Assembly: GCA_965202585.1 (NCBI GenBank)
Contig: OZ241826.1
Location: 23,622,001 to 23,686,000 of the forward strand
DNA from: Thalia democratica
Lineage: Eukaryota
DNA length: 64,000 nt
Direction: 5' to 3'
The notes under the pieces are model-generated. The model was not told the origin of the DNA, ran no database searches, and saw nothing but the letters and a program-made list of their open reading frames with translations. A program made the translations under genes and the position numbers. Positions 39,112-52,760 of the stretch are shown here, one piece after another. Positions within the stretch are counted from its first letter, which is position 1; each line of letters opens with the position of its first letter.

Positions 39112-39699
39112 CTGAAAATAAATGTTAAAACGATTTTTGTTAATTAAATTTAAAACGAATATATATTGACTATAAAATTTATACATGCAGAAATTATATG
39201 ACTATTTATTAATCAGCTAATAAATTATTTTTTATTATTCAATTAAAATAACATAATTAGTAACTTTAAACATTTGTAATTGGTTATAAACAGTATACAA
39301 AAGACACTATATGCAAACATTCCTAAATATTTCACGCTAGTTTCATAAGCAGATACATTAAAAATGAATAGTTGGAGTTATATAGTGACTGTAGTACTCA
39401 ATATAAACATATATTAGTAAAATGAAAATTCAGTTACACAATACTAAACAAAATACTAAACATTGTAAATGATTCATCAGAAACATGTAGACTCCTAAAT
39501 CATCATTAAGTAAAAAAAAATAATAACAAACTTGAATTGATTTTGCCTACAAAAGATAGGTTTTTTATTTAAAATACATATAGCTTCCATTCTAACTAAG
39601 TCAAAGACGTTACAACAAAATCTATTTATCTTAAATGTTTTTAAATTAATTCTTTTAGCAAAATTTTAATTATTCACCAAATGTTCCGCTTTTGTAGAT

Positions 39700-39900
39700 C
39701 TTTATATTGCGTTCATAGTTGTACTAGAGTTAATTAATTTTTATTTTTCAGCTAAATTCAAAAAATTATCAAGCAAGACGTTATATATACTTTTAGCCTT
39801 TTCCTTAGGTGTCTAGTTGTAAGACCGTTATAGCTATTGTAGCAATAGTATTTGAATTGATTTATATCCATGATTATTAAATGTAGGTATCTGGTATTTG
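39700..39900 (-). mobile_element. Inverted PLE GIY-YIG remnant in the gene 3 intron
   Basis: Minus strand reads QIPTF...SYNGLTTRHLRKRLKVY (GIY-YIG YIGxTxRxLxxR motif). Confidence 0.6.
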
Positions 39901-40229
39901 CCTTACATAAGGTTTACAGCTGAAAAAGTAGAGCTTTTTGTTACTTAATATACTTTTATAAATACACATATTATTTTGTTAATGTATAGAATTTTTAAGG
40001 TGTGTTAACATTTTCCGGTGTAATTTTCTTAATTCTTTTCAAAGAATTTATGTGAGATATAATCGTTTTAATTACTAGCTCAGGAGGGTGACCATTTACA
40101 TACAACAGTGTCATATTGTAACTATTTTTTCTTTAATGAACTTATATGAATACATTTTATGTGCACGATCACACTAAGTCCTGATAAGATTGACTTTTTG
40201 TTTTAGGAAATAAAGAGTTCAATTGAATG

Positions 40230-41341
40230 CCATAAAGGTGAGAAAAACTCTAGTTGTTACTAATTCTGATAAAAGTAAATGGTTGTGCTATTTTAGATAA
40301 GCAAGACCATCTGGAAAAAATGCAACTAATTAACAATATTTCAAAATTTAAACTTTTAGGTTCAACTGACAAACTTTATAACACTGATAAAGTAGAAAAT
40401 AATATAGTCAAGTTCTTAAAACATCTAATTTTAAATAAGCAAAAGAGCCAAGAGATTTATGAATTTATTTAATCAGTTAGTACAACTAGACCTTAAATAT
40501 ATGGTCTTTCATAAATTTATGAAAAAAAATATCACTAAGATCAATTTTATCGATGATCAACTCTACGCAGTATAAAATAGCAAACTTACTAAACTGGCAA
40601 CTTAAAACTGTTATATATTAATATTCTAATTATGTTAATTAGGATTTATTCACCTTTGTGGTAAATTTTAGATATATTTATGCTAATAGCACATTCACGG
40701 TTTCGTTTGAAGTAAAAAATTGATGAAAAATATATAATTTAATTAAAGAGCTGATATTTACACACTATAAAGTTTTATGAGATTTAAACATCTTCATCAA
40801 GTAAAGAAAATTTTGTTAAATTGCTACCACTAGTGATGTAAGGTTCTCTTTCAATAATGTAATACAAATTGAAGATGTAGCTATGAGATCTTGTTTTGGC
40901 TTTACCTTTGCCAATACTTTTATGGGCTTGTCAGAGTCAAAAATCATCTCTAAGGTGCAAGATGGAAGCAATTACTCAAAATGAATTTTTTGTTATAAAC
41001 AAAATTCAACAAGAACTGGATAATTTCTATAAGTTGTCAAATAAATAGCATGATTTAATAAAGTTCACCATTTAAAATGAACAAAATAATGAGATATTCT
41101 ACTTTGATGTACTGGTGAAAAAACAAAAATCAGATTTAATTGCTAATGTGCTACGAAACTTTTACTGGTGATTATCTAAATTTTTTGTCACTTTGCTGTC
41201 TGAAACTATAAGTCAATCTAAAAACAGAACACTGTGTCATTGTGTATATTTAATATGTTCACCTGAATTTTCTGAAGAAAAATTTAATAACATTGAGGAC
41301 TTGTCGTTAGAAAACGGATATCCTATTGAGTTAGTAAGTAG
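40230..41341 (+). mobile_element. Decayed PLE RT in the gene 3 intron (continues at 43153-43430 after the LTR insertion)
   Basis: VVTNSDKS.GCAILDKQDHLEKMQLINNISKFKLL...SMINSTQYKIANLLNWQL...DVAMRSCFGFTFANTFMG...FDVLVK...CSPEF...NGYPIELV. Confidence 0.75.
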
Positions 41342-43152
41342 TGTAACCTATGGATGTAAGTACCTTTAGATCACAAAACCTAATAATACTAAATGCTATG
41401 ATTCAATAATACTTAGGGCTACACTATATTAAACTAGGCATGACATGAGTTAACATATTTTATACAAAGAACAGTTGCAAACACAAGCACAAGTATATAA
41501 AGAACATCAAATTTAGAAATCACTTGAAATGTGAGTCAAAAATATTACACAAGATTTAATCAACCAAAAGTATACAACAAAGTAATATTTAATTTCATAG
41601 AGTGTAAATAAGAAATACTTATAAAAACAACACTCGTAAAAAAAACACTTGTGTTTAAAAAACACAAGAACACAATGTAAATGTCTATTCTTCATTGTCA
41701 CGTTTACTGCAGCAGGCTGTGGCTAGAGTCCCCCGTCTGTCTGTTGTATCAGCTTATTTAAAACATTCCATAACTCAATGTTAATTTAGGATTTCTGGTA
41801 TAAAATTTATTTTTTCCTTGTGTCAACTGTATTAAAATTGCATCAATATGAAAATTGACCTTACGAGCTTTCTTTTATAGCTTGAATAAACTTTTAGCTC
41901 ATAACTTTCAACCAAATTTAAACAGTAATCAAGTGCAACTTGATATCTTGTTACAGTTTCTCTTCTCCACTGTTGAAAGACAAATCGTCACTCTACTTCT
42001 CCTCTGCCTTTTTGTTTGGAAGATAATCAACACCTTTACTTTATGAACAAGAAAAAAGTTACACATATCAAAATTTAAAATGGTCTCAAAACTACTCATG
42101 TTTTCATACAAGATTTAAAGCAAACTAGAAAATAAATTCAGACAATTTAATACAAATGGTAATTTAGTTTTTAAAATTTTATGTTTTTAATAATCAAAAA
42201 AAAAAGTTAATGTGTTTTACTAGCTTGAACAATTTACTTTAACTTCTGAAACAATAATAAACATTGTTCATTCTACTATAAAGATTGCAGTTTTGAAAAA
42301 CAGGTAAATGACAAAAATACAAAAAAATCACTATAATCACTATAATATAAACTCAAAAAATTTTCATCATGTTACTGCTCTTTGCTGTCTTAGTTATTAA
42401 TAAACTTTGTTTTCTATCGTTCTATTAAGATTGAAGAGCCTTAGATAAATTTAATATTACTCACTTTCAAATAAAATTGGTCACCACTTTAAAGAAGACT
42501 TATTTATACTTATACCATGTTAGTTTTTTTTTCTAACCCCTATTCTTTCTGGTTATGGGTACAAACTCAAAGGCTTTTAAATGGGCATACGGTAAGTGTA
42601 AGTATTGCTACTTAAAAATTAAATGCACACCTTGTTGTAAAATTTCTCTAAATCTACTACTAAAAAAAAGGCAGTGTATAACAAAAATGACTAAAATATA
42701 TGATTGTGAGTAAAAACTGTGATAAATACTGCTTTCAAAATAAAAAGTGATACACTAGTAGAACTTATTTGGGTAAAATAATGTTTTGGTAATATTTAAC
42801 TGATACCTAAAAGACTGGTTATCCTTTAAACGAGGACGCTAATTTTAACCTATGGGTGTAACTTTATAAAACACAAGAAAACAATATAAATGTCTAATTT
42901 CATCGTCACGTTTACTGCAGCAGGCTGTGGCTAGAGTTCCCCGTCTGTCTGTTGTATTAACTTATATAAAGCATTCCATAACTAAATGTTGCATCAGGGT
43001 TTCTGGTATGCATTTTATTTTTTCCTTTTGTCAACTGTATTAAACTTGCATCAGTATAAAACTTGACCTTGCAAGCTTTCTCCTTAACTTTTAGCTCAAC
43101 ACTTCCAACCAAATTTAAACAATAATCAAGTGCAACTTGATATCTTGTTACA
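41342..43152 (-). mobile_element. Internally deleted LTR retroelement (Gypsy-like by its 4-bp TSD), nested in the PLE
   Basis: Termini tgtaac...gttaca. LTR copies at 41342-41955 and 42844-43152 (the second with an internal deletion). TSD gtag/atag. Polypurine tract ggagaagagaaa directly before the 3' LTR on the minus strand. The PLE sequence rejoins across the insertion, as seen uninterrupted at ~58645. Confidence 0.75.
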
Positions 43153-43952
43153 ATAGAACTTGTAAATCTCAACTAAAGTTTTTGAACAGAGATAAAGAAA
43201 TTAACCAAAAAAAATGTAGTCTTCTTAAAAGTTCCATAGATAAATAAAAGATTAGTATATTAAGAGAAGAAAATTAGCAATTAATAAACACTGATTTTCA
43301 GCAACAAAACCTAGAGTAATTTTTACATCAAGTCCTATGTTGACACCTGGAGACATAGATCAGATACCTACGTTTGTATATATAAAATAAAACATGGTTA
43401 TATACCAACTCAATTGTTATTGTGATAATGTTGTAACGTGTTTGACATTGTCAAAATCGAAGCTAAGTGTATTTTAAATACAAAAATTTTACCCTTTCTA
43501 AGCAAAAATGATTTAGTTTTGAGAGTTGCCTTTTTACTCATTGGTGTTTTTAATGTCTAGATGTTTGTCATAACCAATTACAACATTTAGTATTTTGATT
43601 AGTTTTAAGGAATATACTGTGTATGTTATTGCTAGCTATCACAATTTCTAAAAAAGTTAAATTTCTTTTTTATTAAATCTTTGTATAAACTGTAGAAAAT
43701 AGGGTAAAATATCTCTGGATATTGGCATAAAGTGTCTTTTGTACATTGTTTAAAGTTAATATTAACTTCGACTGTTTGTTTATATTGCTTATAACTACTA
43801 CGTCCTATTTTGTTCAACTATTTTTTATTAATCAGTTATAATTCAACTAAGTTGTTTGTTTCTCAAATAAAAAATATTTGCTTGTAAACTTTAAAAATTT
43901 TGTTTATCCTAATTTACAAAATAAATAAAATACTAAGTATTATTAAACATAC

Positions 43953-44190
43953 TTGTATACGTATACTCCTTACTTGCTGTTGAATTCTTAAAAGCATTTT
44001 CCATGATTTTTTTCTGTTGTGCTTTTGTAATACATTTCTCAACAAAACTACAAAATTCAAGTTCATTTTCATGTTTACTCAGGTGTTCAGTTGTCCGTAT
44101 ATCTTCTAATTTAATTTTTTTGACATCAGCTGTTTTGTTATTTCTTTCTCTCAACCAGTACGAATTAAGCTTTAAATCTTTTCCACTCAT
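43953..44190 (-). CDS. Kelch gene 3 coding exon 1 (exon A)
   Basis: ATG at 44190; 238 nt; donor aca a|gtatgt, phase 1. Confidence 0.8.
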
Positions 44191-45149
44191 TATTAAAGTA
44201 GTTTAAAACTATTAATTGAACCTGTTTAAAATTTCTATGATAGAATAATTAAGATAAAAGTAGACTGAAGCTGGGTTGCAGATCTTTGAGTAAAACTGTT
44301 CTAGGTGATAAACAAACTGTCCTTGTGGACTAATTTTTTTGAAAATCCTTATACAACTTTTTTTTTACTTTATAAAATTGATAAAATTAGATTTTTCAAC
44401 AAATTAATTTAGAAAATTACAAAAATTGAAACTAAATTAACTATGTCTAATTAAAAAAAAAATTTTAGCCACAGATTTTTTAAGAATCTTAAAACTATCC
44501 TGAGTTTTTTTAACTGTTTTGGCTTGAGTTTTACTGAACTTAAAAAAAAAATCTTAATATTTTTAGTTATCCTGAGTTTTTCTTGGTCATTTCAGGATTT
44601 TCATGAATTTCAAAGTATTTTAAGTTATCCGGAATGTGTTAAATATGTAACTTACCTGCTAGAGGTAGGACTAAAGATAATAAATATTATAATAGTATAA
44701 AATAAAAGGAAACTACTACTTTTAAGAAGATTGACTTTAAAATAGAAATTAAAAGAAATTAAAGTTAGTCTATTTAGATTGTTACAATTGACTAAGTGAG
44801 TAAATTTAAACAAATATTTCTTTAATTAAGGCTTTAAGTTCTTTATAGTCAGCTAAAAATTAAAAACAACTAAACAAGCGTAAAAAAGTTATTAGCAACA
44901 TTATTAGTTGTTGCTAAATCACAGTAAAAGATATGAGAGAGGTACTTAAACTTTCAATTAATTTTATATTTCAGGGAATTAAGTGCAGTTAAAATTTAAT
45001 GGTGTAATTGTAAAATGTAATTATGATCATATTTATATTAACACTGTACTATTTAGTTTGTTAACAATGCAAAACCTTCATGTATTTACTTAAACCATAA
45101 TTCCAAAAGTAAACCAAATGTTCCCTTTGGGCCTTAACAGAAATTTAAA

Positions 45150-45510
45150 GGGTGTTTAGCAGTATAGAGGCTTTAGGTTTAGTATGGTTGTATAGTTTTA
45201 ACTGAACACTAAAAATTCTGGAGTTGATGATGAAGAGCATTAAAAAAAGTAAGCCTTTTTTGTGGTAATTTTAAACAAACACTAGACAGTTAATAAAAAA
45301 GTCAAAAAGTATAGGGGCAAAACTAAGGAGTAATAGAAAGTCACAATTTGAAACTTACACTAGATATTCTGAAGTTGACATTAAAGTGCTAAAAAAGGAA
45401 GATTATAGCTTTTTTTAGGGGTTTTTGTTTTTGTGAAATCTTATTGAAAAGGCTACATCTGTTTTAATTTGTTTGAAGGGGTCTTTTGAAAAAAAGTTTT
45501 GAAAACCCTG
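45150..45510. mobile_element. Copy of the 732-1002 hAT MITE family (reverse orientation, decayed left end)
   Basis: Internal aaacttacactagatattctgaagttg is the reverse complement of 866-893. Right end gaaaaccctg is followed by atttaaac; atttaaag lies on the left. Confidence 0.5.
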
Positions 45511-45951
45511 ATTTAAACTGAACTTTCATTAAAAAGGTTTGTGTAACTTGGTAAAAATATTCCTTTAACTTATAAGCTTTTAGAAATATGAATTTGTCCT
45601 AGCACCTATATTTAATTTGGTTTATGATATTTTTAAGATTATTGTAAGTATACCATTAAAAAAACTTATTACTAATGTATCCACCTTAAAAAAATAATAT
45701 TTATTTTTTTTTATTTTAGCATAACTTTAATTTATGATAATTTTCTAGATAACCTAATTTCTTATATAAACAATGTAAGTTTGTTTATAAAATTTTAAAC
45801 TACTAAAAACTAGATTATAATTCTAAAAAATTGATATAAATATTTATACTTATTTTGTTTATCTAATTTTTCTTTGTTTTACTTTTTTGTTTTTCAATAA
45901 CTATAAAACAAAACTTTAGCACCATAAATTTATTAAATTTTTAAGTTTAAA

Positions 45952-46607
45952 AAGGGTTGCCACAGATCATTCTGAAAAAAGTTTTCTAACTTTTGCTGAC
46001 TTTTTATTAAAGTTTTTCTGACTTTTCTAAATCAAACTTTTCACTCAAACTTATTGTAAAAAGCATAATTAAACAACTGATATTGTATAAAGCTTTCAAT
46101 TTTACAGGATTTTCATCAGTTTTTTGCTGAATTCATTCATCTACCTTTCACAAACCTTTGAACCATTAGTGTTAAATTGATATGTTTGCAATAAACAGCT
46201 CAATCAGAAAAATACTTTTAGTTTATAACTTATAAACAAAACTTGTCTGAAAGTAGAAAAAATTATCTAGAAATCTCTAGCATAAATGCTAAAACCACCA
46301 TAACTATAATGCACATCAAAAATGATTATTTAAGTAGGGTAGTTGTGCATTATGTTTAGAGAAAAATGTTGCTGTTTTTTAAAGGATATTTTATTAATTT
46401 TAACAAATAAAGGCATTGAAAAATTTTACCATTTGTAGGATTCTGAAAATACAGAATGTTGTAAATTTGAACTACAAAATTCTGAAATTTTTTCATCTTC
46501 ATCAAATTTCCTGGTTTTTTTTTCAAAAACCCCATTTTTTCCCAACTATACCTGATTTTCTAACAGTTTTAGTGTTTCCTGACTTTTCTGACCATGTGGG
46601 AGCCCTG
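45952..46607. mobile_element. CAGGGTTGCCA-ended non-autonomous DNA element
   Basis: Ends aagggttgccacagatca / gaccatgtgggagccctg; flanks tttaaa/gttaaa. Both halves match 61721-63049 in reverse complement. Confidence 0.65.
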
Positions 46608-49600
46608 GTTAAATTCACTGTTTTAAAATTTTAAACAAATCAATTACACTACAATGTTTAAATAGAATTAATTTGAAAACAAAAATCTTGCTGATTGTAT
46701 GAATAGTTTATATGCTTAGTTTTAATTATTTCAAAATATTCAAGATGCAGCTGATACATTACACAAGCAACATAGTTTGAGATTTGACTACCTGTTAATT
46801 TCCCACTTTAATAACTTACATTGAATACCCCTATCTACTTAAGTCTATACTACAACACATAGTTTAGAAACCACCTAAAGATTTGTATATAGTGCCTATT
46901 ATAGATTCATGCTTGGCTGAGATTTTTTTGATTAAATTCGACATTTAAATAATCAGTACTTAAAAAACATATGAATATCAATGTGAAGAAACTTGTATTT
47001 TTTGAAAGTAGTCACAACTCACAATGTCTAGTAGTATTAATTATCAACAGCTTTTTTTTATTTTAAAGGATTTTTATATTGAACCAAAGTAATTTAAGAC
47101 CAAAGACGTACGTAAAATCAGACGATAACATTCTACGACTCACAAGTTATAAAATCTGATTTAAAGTTCGTTCATATTGTCTGAAAATTCATTGCTCGTG
47201 TAATTTTTAAAGCATTCTTGGCAGTAAATCATGAAACTATTTGTGATTGTAAAGAACATTTAGAAAAGTAAGAATTAAGATCTAATAAAAACATTCTTGA
47301 AAACTAGTTCGATGATAAAAATAGAATTTTTTTTTTGTAAACGACTTATAATACTTAAGCTCTTAAAATGTTTATAAAACTGTTTTTTATACAAAACTAT
47401 CCGCAACAAAAATGAGCTTTAATAAATATTTTTCGAGTATTAATTATACTAAAAAGCATTGTTTTACAACAGTGCAATTTTTGTTCTTTAAATAAAAATT
47501 CAGATTATTATGTAGAAAAATGTCTATGTTTATTTCAATTTTTATGATTAATTTAACTTATCATTTTATTGTTTAGCCGTAATTTTTTTCTCAATATCAT
47601 AATAATCACCAAACAAAAATCTGAAAACAGTAATCATCACAACTACTAACAACCTTGCAACACTCTGTGTATTAACTATATATTTAAAATATTGAAAAAC
47701 AAACCTCAAACACTTAAATTTTGTTTTTCAAAAAGACTATAAAAAATACTGCATTTTAACATACATAAGCAACATATATAAAACAATCTAAATTTAGAAA
47801 ATAACTTAATAACAAGCTTAAAATTTTAACAATTGTATTCAAAATAAAATAATAAAAATAAAACGCTTCAAACAACATCTCTAAATTAAAACATCTTAAA
47901 TTACAATTTTTAAATTGCTTAAATCGAAAAAATTCATTCAAGTGCATAATTAATTAATAAAAATTTCGACCATATAATAATAAAACAATAAGTAAAGCTT
48001 AAACTGTCAAATTCTATGAATTCTAAGATTTCAGGATTTGTGGCAACCCTGTTTAACTAACTAACAATTATTAAAAATCACTAAATCTTACTTATTTTTT
48101 TAAAAGACTATATCCTTTTACTTGAAAATCAGATAAAACATTTTTAAGTATAAGATACTGCTGACAAATTACACAACTAAAACTGCTTGTGGTTTGCTTA
48201 CCTGTTAGTTTTCCATCTGGATAACTTATATAATATCTACTAAATTCTACACTGCAACCCAGAGTTCAAGAAATAACTAGAGATCTCTATATACTGCCTT
48301 CAAAAGCTTCACATTGGATGAGCAACTTATTTTTAGGCTTGACGTTATTAAAAAATCACGGCTTAATTTATTTTTGTAGATAATAAAAAAGAAGGTACTC
48401 TAATTCTTTGAAAGAAATTACAGTGTTTAGTAGTATTCAACACAAACAACATCACTGAGTTCAAATAGAATGATAATTTAAACGAAAAAATGGACTACAG
48501 CCTACGTAAAGTCAGGTGATATAATTCTACAGTTAACAAATTATAAAAACTAATGAAAGTTTGTTTATTTAAATTTAAAATTCAATGCTCGAATAATTTT
48601 TGGCCCACTGTTTGCAGTCAAACTAAAGCTATTGTTGATTTTATTTTAAAATGTAGAAGAATAAGAATTAACATCTAACAAAAATTTCTGAAAATGTTCG
48701 ATAATAACTATAACTAATAAAATTGTTGTTAACAATTTAAAATATTTAAACTTTTGAAATTACTAGTTTATTTATACTAGACTTAAATTAGATCAAAATT
48801 TTACTTTCTTTATTGTGTAGTAGTGTTTTACCGCTATAGAAGTTGACATCAATTTATAATGGGAAACCGTTAAACAATTCCTGCGAACTAACTAGAGATT
48901 AACAATAAACAAGAGAAAACTTTTAAAACATAATGTTTTTGTTTTAAAAAACAACTAAATAAAAACAACTATTCTTTATCGTTCAATAAGCTTTATGTAT
49001 ATAAAGTTATTTTTGAGCAAATATTTAAAAGATAACAATTTGCAAAGTTCATTTACAATGTCGCGTTATGCAATGCGCTTATTTTTGAATACTAAAAATA
49101 AGCTTTTTAGTATTTAATTTTTAAACTATGCCACCAGCCAACAAGGTTGCCAGAACGCTTTTTTTTTTGTTAAGTTAAGTATTAGTACAATGTACACTTG
49201 AAAGCCTTAAATTGTTTTAACTTTTATTGTCACACTGAATTGCTTCTTTTGAAATAATAAATAAAAAAATTACTTTCTTTACGCAATTTAGTTACTTAAG
49301 CAATTTCTTTTTCAAATAAATAAACAATTTACTGTTGTAGTAACTACTGTTTATTCTGCAAAAACATTTGGTATATAAAAAGCTTGTTTATACCATTTTT
49401 TACTTTAGCAAATATTTGGATGGCAGTTGACAAAACTACAAATAAAAACATTTTAGTGTTTGAATTGAATATTGACGTTATAGCATACTATTAGAATTAA
49501 TTTATTGGTTAGTATACGTAATGTGATTCCAAATCAGAAGTATAAAAGTGGCTTAAACAACTAATTTATATTTAAATTTTGTATAAAAATTCAGCTACAA

Positions 49601-51131
49601 ATGAAAAATATGGAAAAACACATACTGTGAACAACACAGTAAAACACTGGGTTTTAAAAAATTTACTTGTGTTTGATTAATTTTAACAACATAAAACATT
49701 AGTTAAATAAAAAATTATTTAGTATGTTTATAAATATATATATAGTTCAATACTTCACAGCGGGCTGAAAACGAGGTTCAAGACGCAAATGACTATTAAA
49801 AATTTTGCTGAATAGATCATCAAAGTAAATGTTTAATATTGTCAGATAGAACTTTTTTTATGATTTCAAAAGTGGTTTTGTTTCTTTTTAGGTAGTAATT
49901 GGTTTTGCTAAAAACTGATGTTAGTTTAAATCCAGACGGTTTTTTAACTTTTACAGTATAAATGAATCCAGAGGGAGTTGACGACCTAACACCCAAAGGT
50001 TCATTTACCCTAGAACGTTTACGCTTAGGGCTTAATCTATGTGTTGCTTTTCTAATGGAATTTGACATAATTATAACTTTACTCTAGACTAAGTATTACT
50101 AGATATCAATACTACTATAAATAACCAGGCACAACAATTGAGTGGGTTTCTCTATTAAACGAACTTCAATGAACACAAAACCAATTGTGAAAATCATGAG
50201 AACTATTTAATATGTAAATTGTGTACTAAAATACTGTATAATAGTTACTATAAAAAACTCAATAATATTATAAGAAATAATTAACATTAAATGCAAAACC
50301 AAGTGTTGAAAAACACAAGAACTATAAAAGTTTGTCACTTATGTGAAAAATGCTTTATATTTAACTACTGTTAATAATAGTTTTAATAAATCACTTGTTA
50401 AAAATCAAAAAATATATAAAAATTTACAGTAAGAGAATTACTAAACTTACTTTAAATAACAAAATTTAAATCTAAGAAACACAGTTATAATTATATTAAC
50501 TAAAATTGTATAAAACAACTTAATACCAATGTTCAAGTGTCTTTCTTGTAAACACTTGTCTTTCTGTAGCTCCTGGCGGTTCTCTCAACACAGCTCAATC
50601 TGTCGTATCACCTTATCAGCTCGTGACCAAAAAAATTAAATATGAATCGTTGCATCATACAGTTTTGATTGTACGCCTTAAAAGTGAAATGCGCTCTCAT
50701 TTTCTTTTATTCTCTTTACGTCATAAAAATACTGCGCTTTTATTCTCTTTCTCACTTTTTGTTACATCAGACTTGCCCGGGCAAGAATTGGAAGTGCAAT
50801 AACTCTTAATTTTTTCTTAAAAACAAAACGGTTTTCAAGTGAAACTTGCAATATCTTTACATAAATACTATAAATTCTTCATAGTTTTCCGCAACTTTTT
50901 TTTTACTTAAAGTTACAGATAAATATCTGAAAAACCAATTTAGAACTAGTTTTGACTATTCATATCAAAAATAAAAAAACCTATTCAAATACTCAAAACT
51001 TAAGAGTTCTTTTAATATAAAAATTAAAAATAAATATTTACATTTTATTCAAAAGTCAAAAGTAAATACATCAAAATATTACTTGTTTAAACATATAAAA
51101 AATTATTGTTACTGTTAATGGAAATCTTGTA

Positions 51132-52040
51132 CAGTGTTTCCTCGCTAATACGGCCAAGTTGGGCAAGTTTTTTTTGAAAATACGGCCGGTTTTGCCTTTG
51201 GCCGGATAAGAACAAAATATCGCTTTTTTTACAAACTATCTACCTTAGTTATATTATGAATGTATATAACAAAACGTACAATAAAAATTCACTTAATTTA
51301 ATTTATTTTACTTTTTTCAAAGAAAAAAGAATTAAAACAGACAAAACTAAACGAAACAAAATTTTACAAGTTGATAATTAATGGAAAAAAACTACGCTGT
51401 TAACACTTTAACTAAATTAAGAATTTTTTTTGAAAAAAGAAAGAATGGAAGATTGTTTTACCGTACTTTCTCGTTTCTTAGCAGAAAACTCACGAAATTG
51501 GATGAGTTTAGACACATCTTCAGGTGTGGCTTCTGTTTGGCAACGATAGTAAGCTAAGTAATCGTCCATTTTCTGCATGGCTTCAGCATGAGAAAATGGA
51601 CGCCTAGAAGGCTGGGAAACACCAATTTCATCTTCAACAACTTCAACAGCCTCTTTTTCGTTATCCCCAGTAACCAGTTCAACAATTCCTTGCTCGTCCA
51701 TATGCTCATATCCAGGACCATGGCAACTCATCAATCTTTGAATATCATCTTCTGTATATGTGATATTTAATCTCGCAAATTGCTGTACAAACTCGTTATC
51801 TTGAGTTTTTTCTGAAGGGTCTATATTTTGCATGGAAGAGCTTTGCTGTAATGGCATTAATTTCTTCCATGAGTTTCTAATGGAAGAAGGCTTTACTATA
51901 CCCCAAGCAGATTAAACGGTGTCGACAACTTTTGTCATGTCGATTATTTTTAAAAAATCTTCAATTGTGAAGGTTGATTGCGATATAAGATTATTTAAAT
52001 ATGAGTAGGTGTAATAAACGAACGAACGTACACCTTTGCA
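51132..52040 (-). mobile_element. pogo/Tigger-type (Tc1/mariner) transposon, 3' fragment with one TIR
   Basis: TA + cagtgtttcctcgctaatacggcc terminus at 51130-51155. Minus strand SAWGIVKPSSIRNSWKKL...acidic tract...KQSSILSFFKK is the Tigger/pogo transposase C-terminus; in-frame stop upstream. Confidence 0.8.
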
Positions 52041-52333
52041 TGTTGGGTATCATTTGCACAATGTTAGTTTAAATCTAGTTTAAACTCTTTACCTTTTTTA
52101 TTCATGTTTTTTGTTCTTTTTATAAATTCATTTTAGCATTACTACTGCTTCTACCACTTACACTCGGTCGGTATATTTCTATTTACAATTATCTTTTTAT
52201 TTAGTTAACCTTTTTTTTAATTTTCTATTTTTTTTGATATACTTGTTACTCCTTTCCTCGACGACGCAGATAAACTTACATTAAAATGATGATTAATGTT
52301 TTATTTCTTTAATTACTCCCTCGCTTTCTATAG

Positions 52334-52760
52334 GTTTACAATGGCGTTTTTCAGATAACATACTTGATGTCTTTAAAGTAAGAGTTAAACGAGACGAAGA
52401 CAGTAACTTCCAAATTTAATAAATATATTAGCTTTTATTCTAAAATCAGTACTTCATCACGCTGAGTTGGGGTTCGCGATAGACGGACCTCCGGACAGCC
52501 CTTTCGAAGAAAATTTGCGCTGATATTCGTCTTTTCCGAAAAGTACCCGTTCAAGCCACCGAGAGTGACTTATCTGGCCAGTTTACTACTGCCTTGTGGA
52601 CCGCAAAGGCAAGACTAGCCTGGACTTCCTCGACTCCAAGTGGGCTTCTGGCTACGCGGTCGCCACTTTGCTGCTGTCAATTCAGTCTTTTGTCAACAAA
52701 TTTCCGAAAAACCGCAAAAAACACGATGAAGTTTGCAGAGAATGGAAAAAAAAGTACTAG
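52334..52760 (+). pseudogene. Ubiquitin-conjugating enzyme E2 (UBE2D/E-like) pseudogene with a probable 47-nt intron (52403-52449)
   Basis: Across two frameshifts: DEDILH...FAIDGPPDSPFE/KFALIFVFSEKYPFKPPRVTYL/VYYCLVDRKGKTSLDFLDSKW...TLLLSIQSF...NRKKHDEVCREWKKKY*. The catalytic Cys position reads Ser, and ~14 aa of the C-terminal region are deleted. Confidence 0.85.

Noticed and set aside
42957-43172. RNase H-like FYTDAS in the 71-aa ORF
   Set aside because: It falls inside an LTR, and the other LTR copy does not keep the frame or the motif.
50772-50785. 14-bp palindrome cttgcccgggcaag as a Helitron 3' hairpin
   Set aside because: No correctly spaced CTRR end or matching 5' TC end could be identified.
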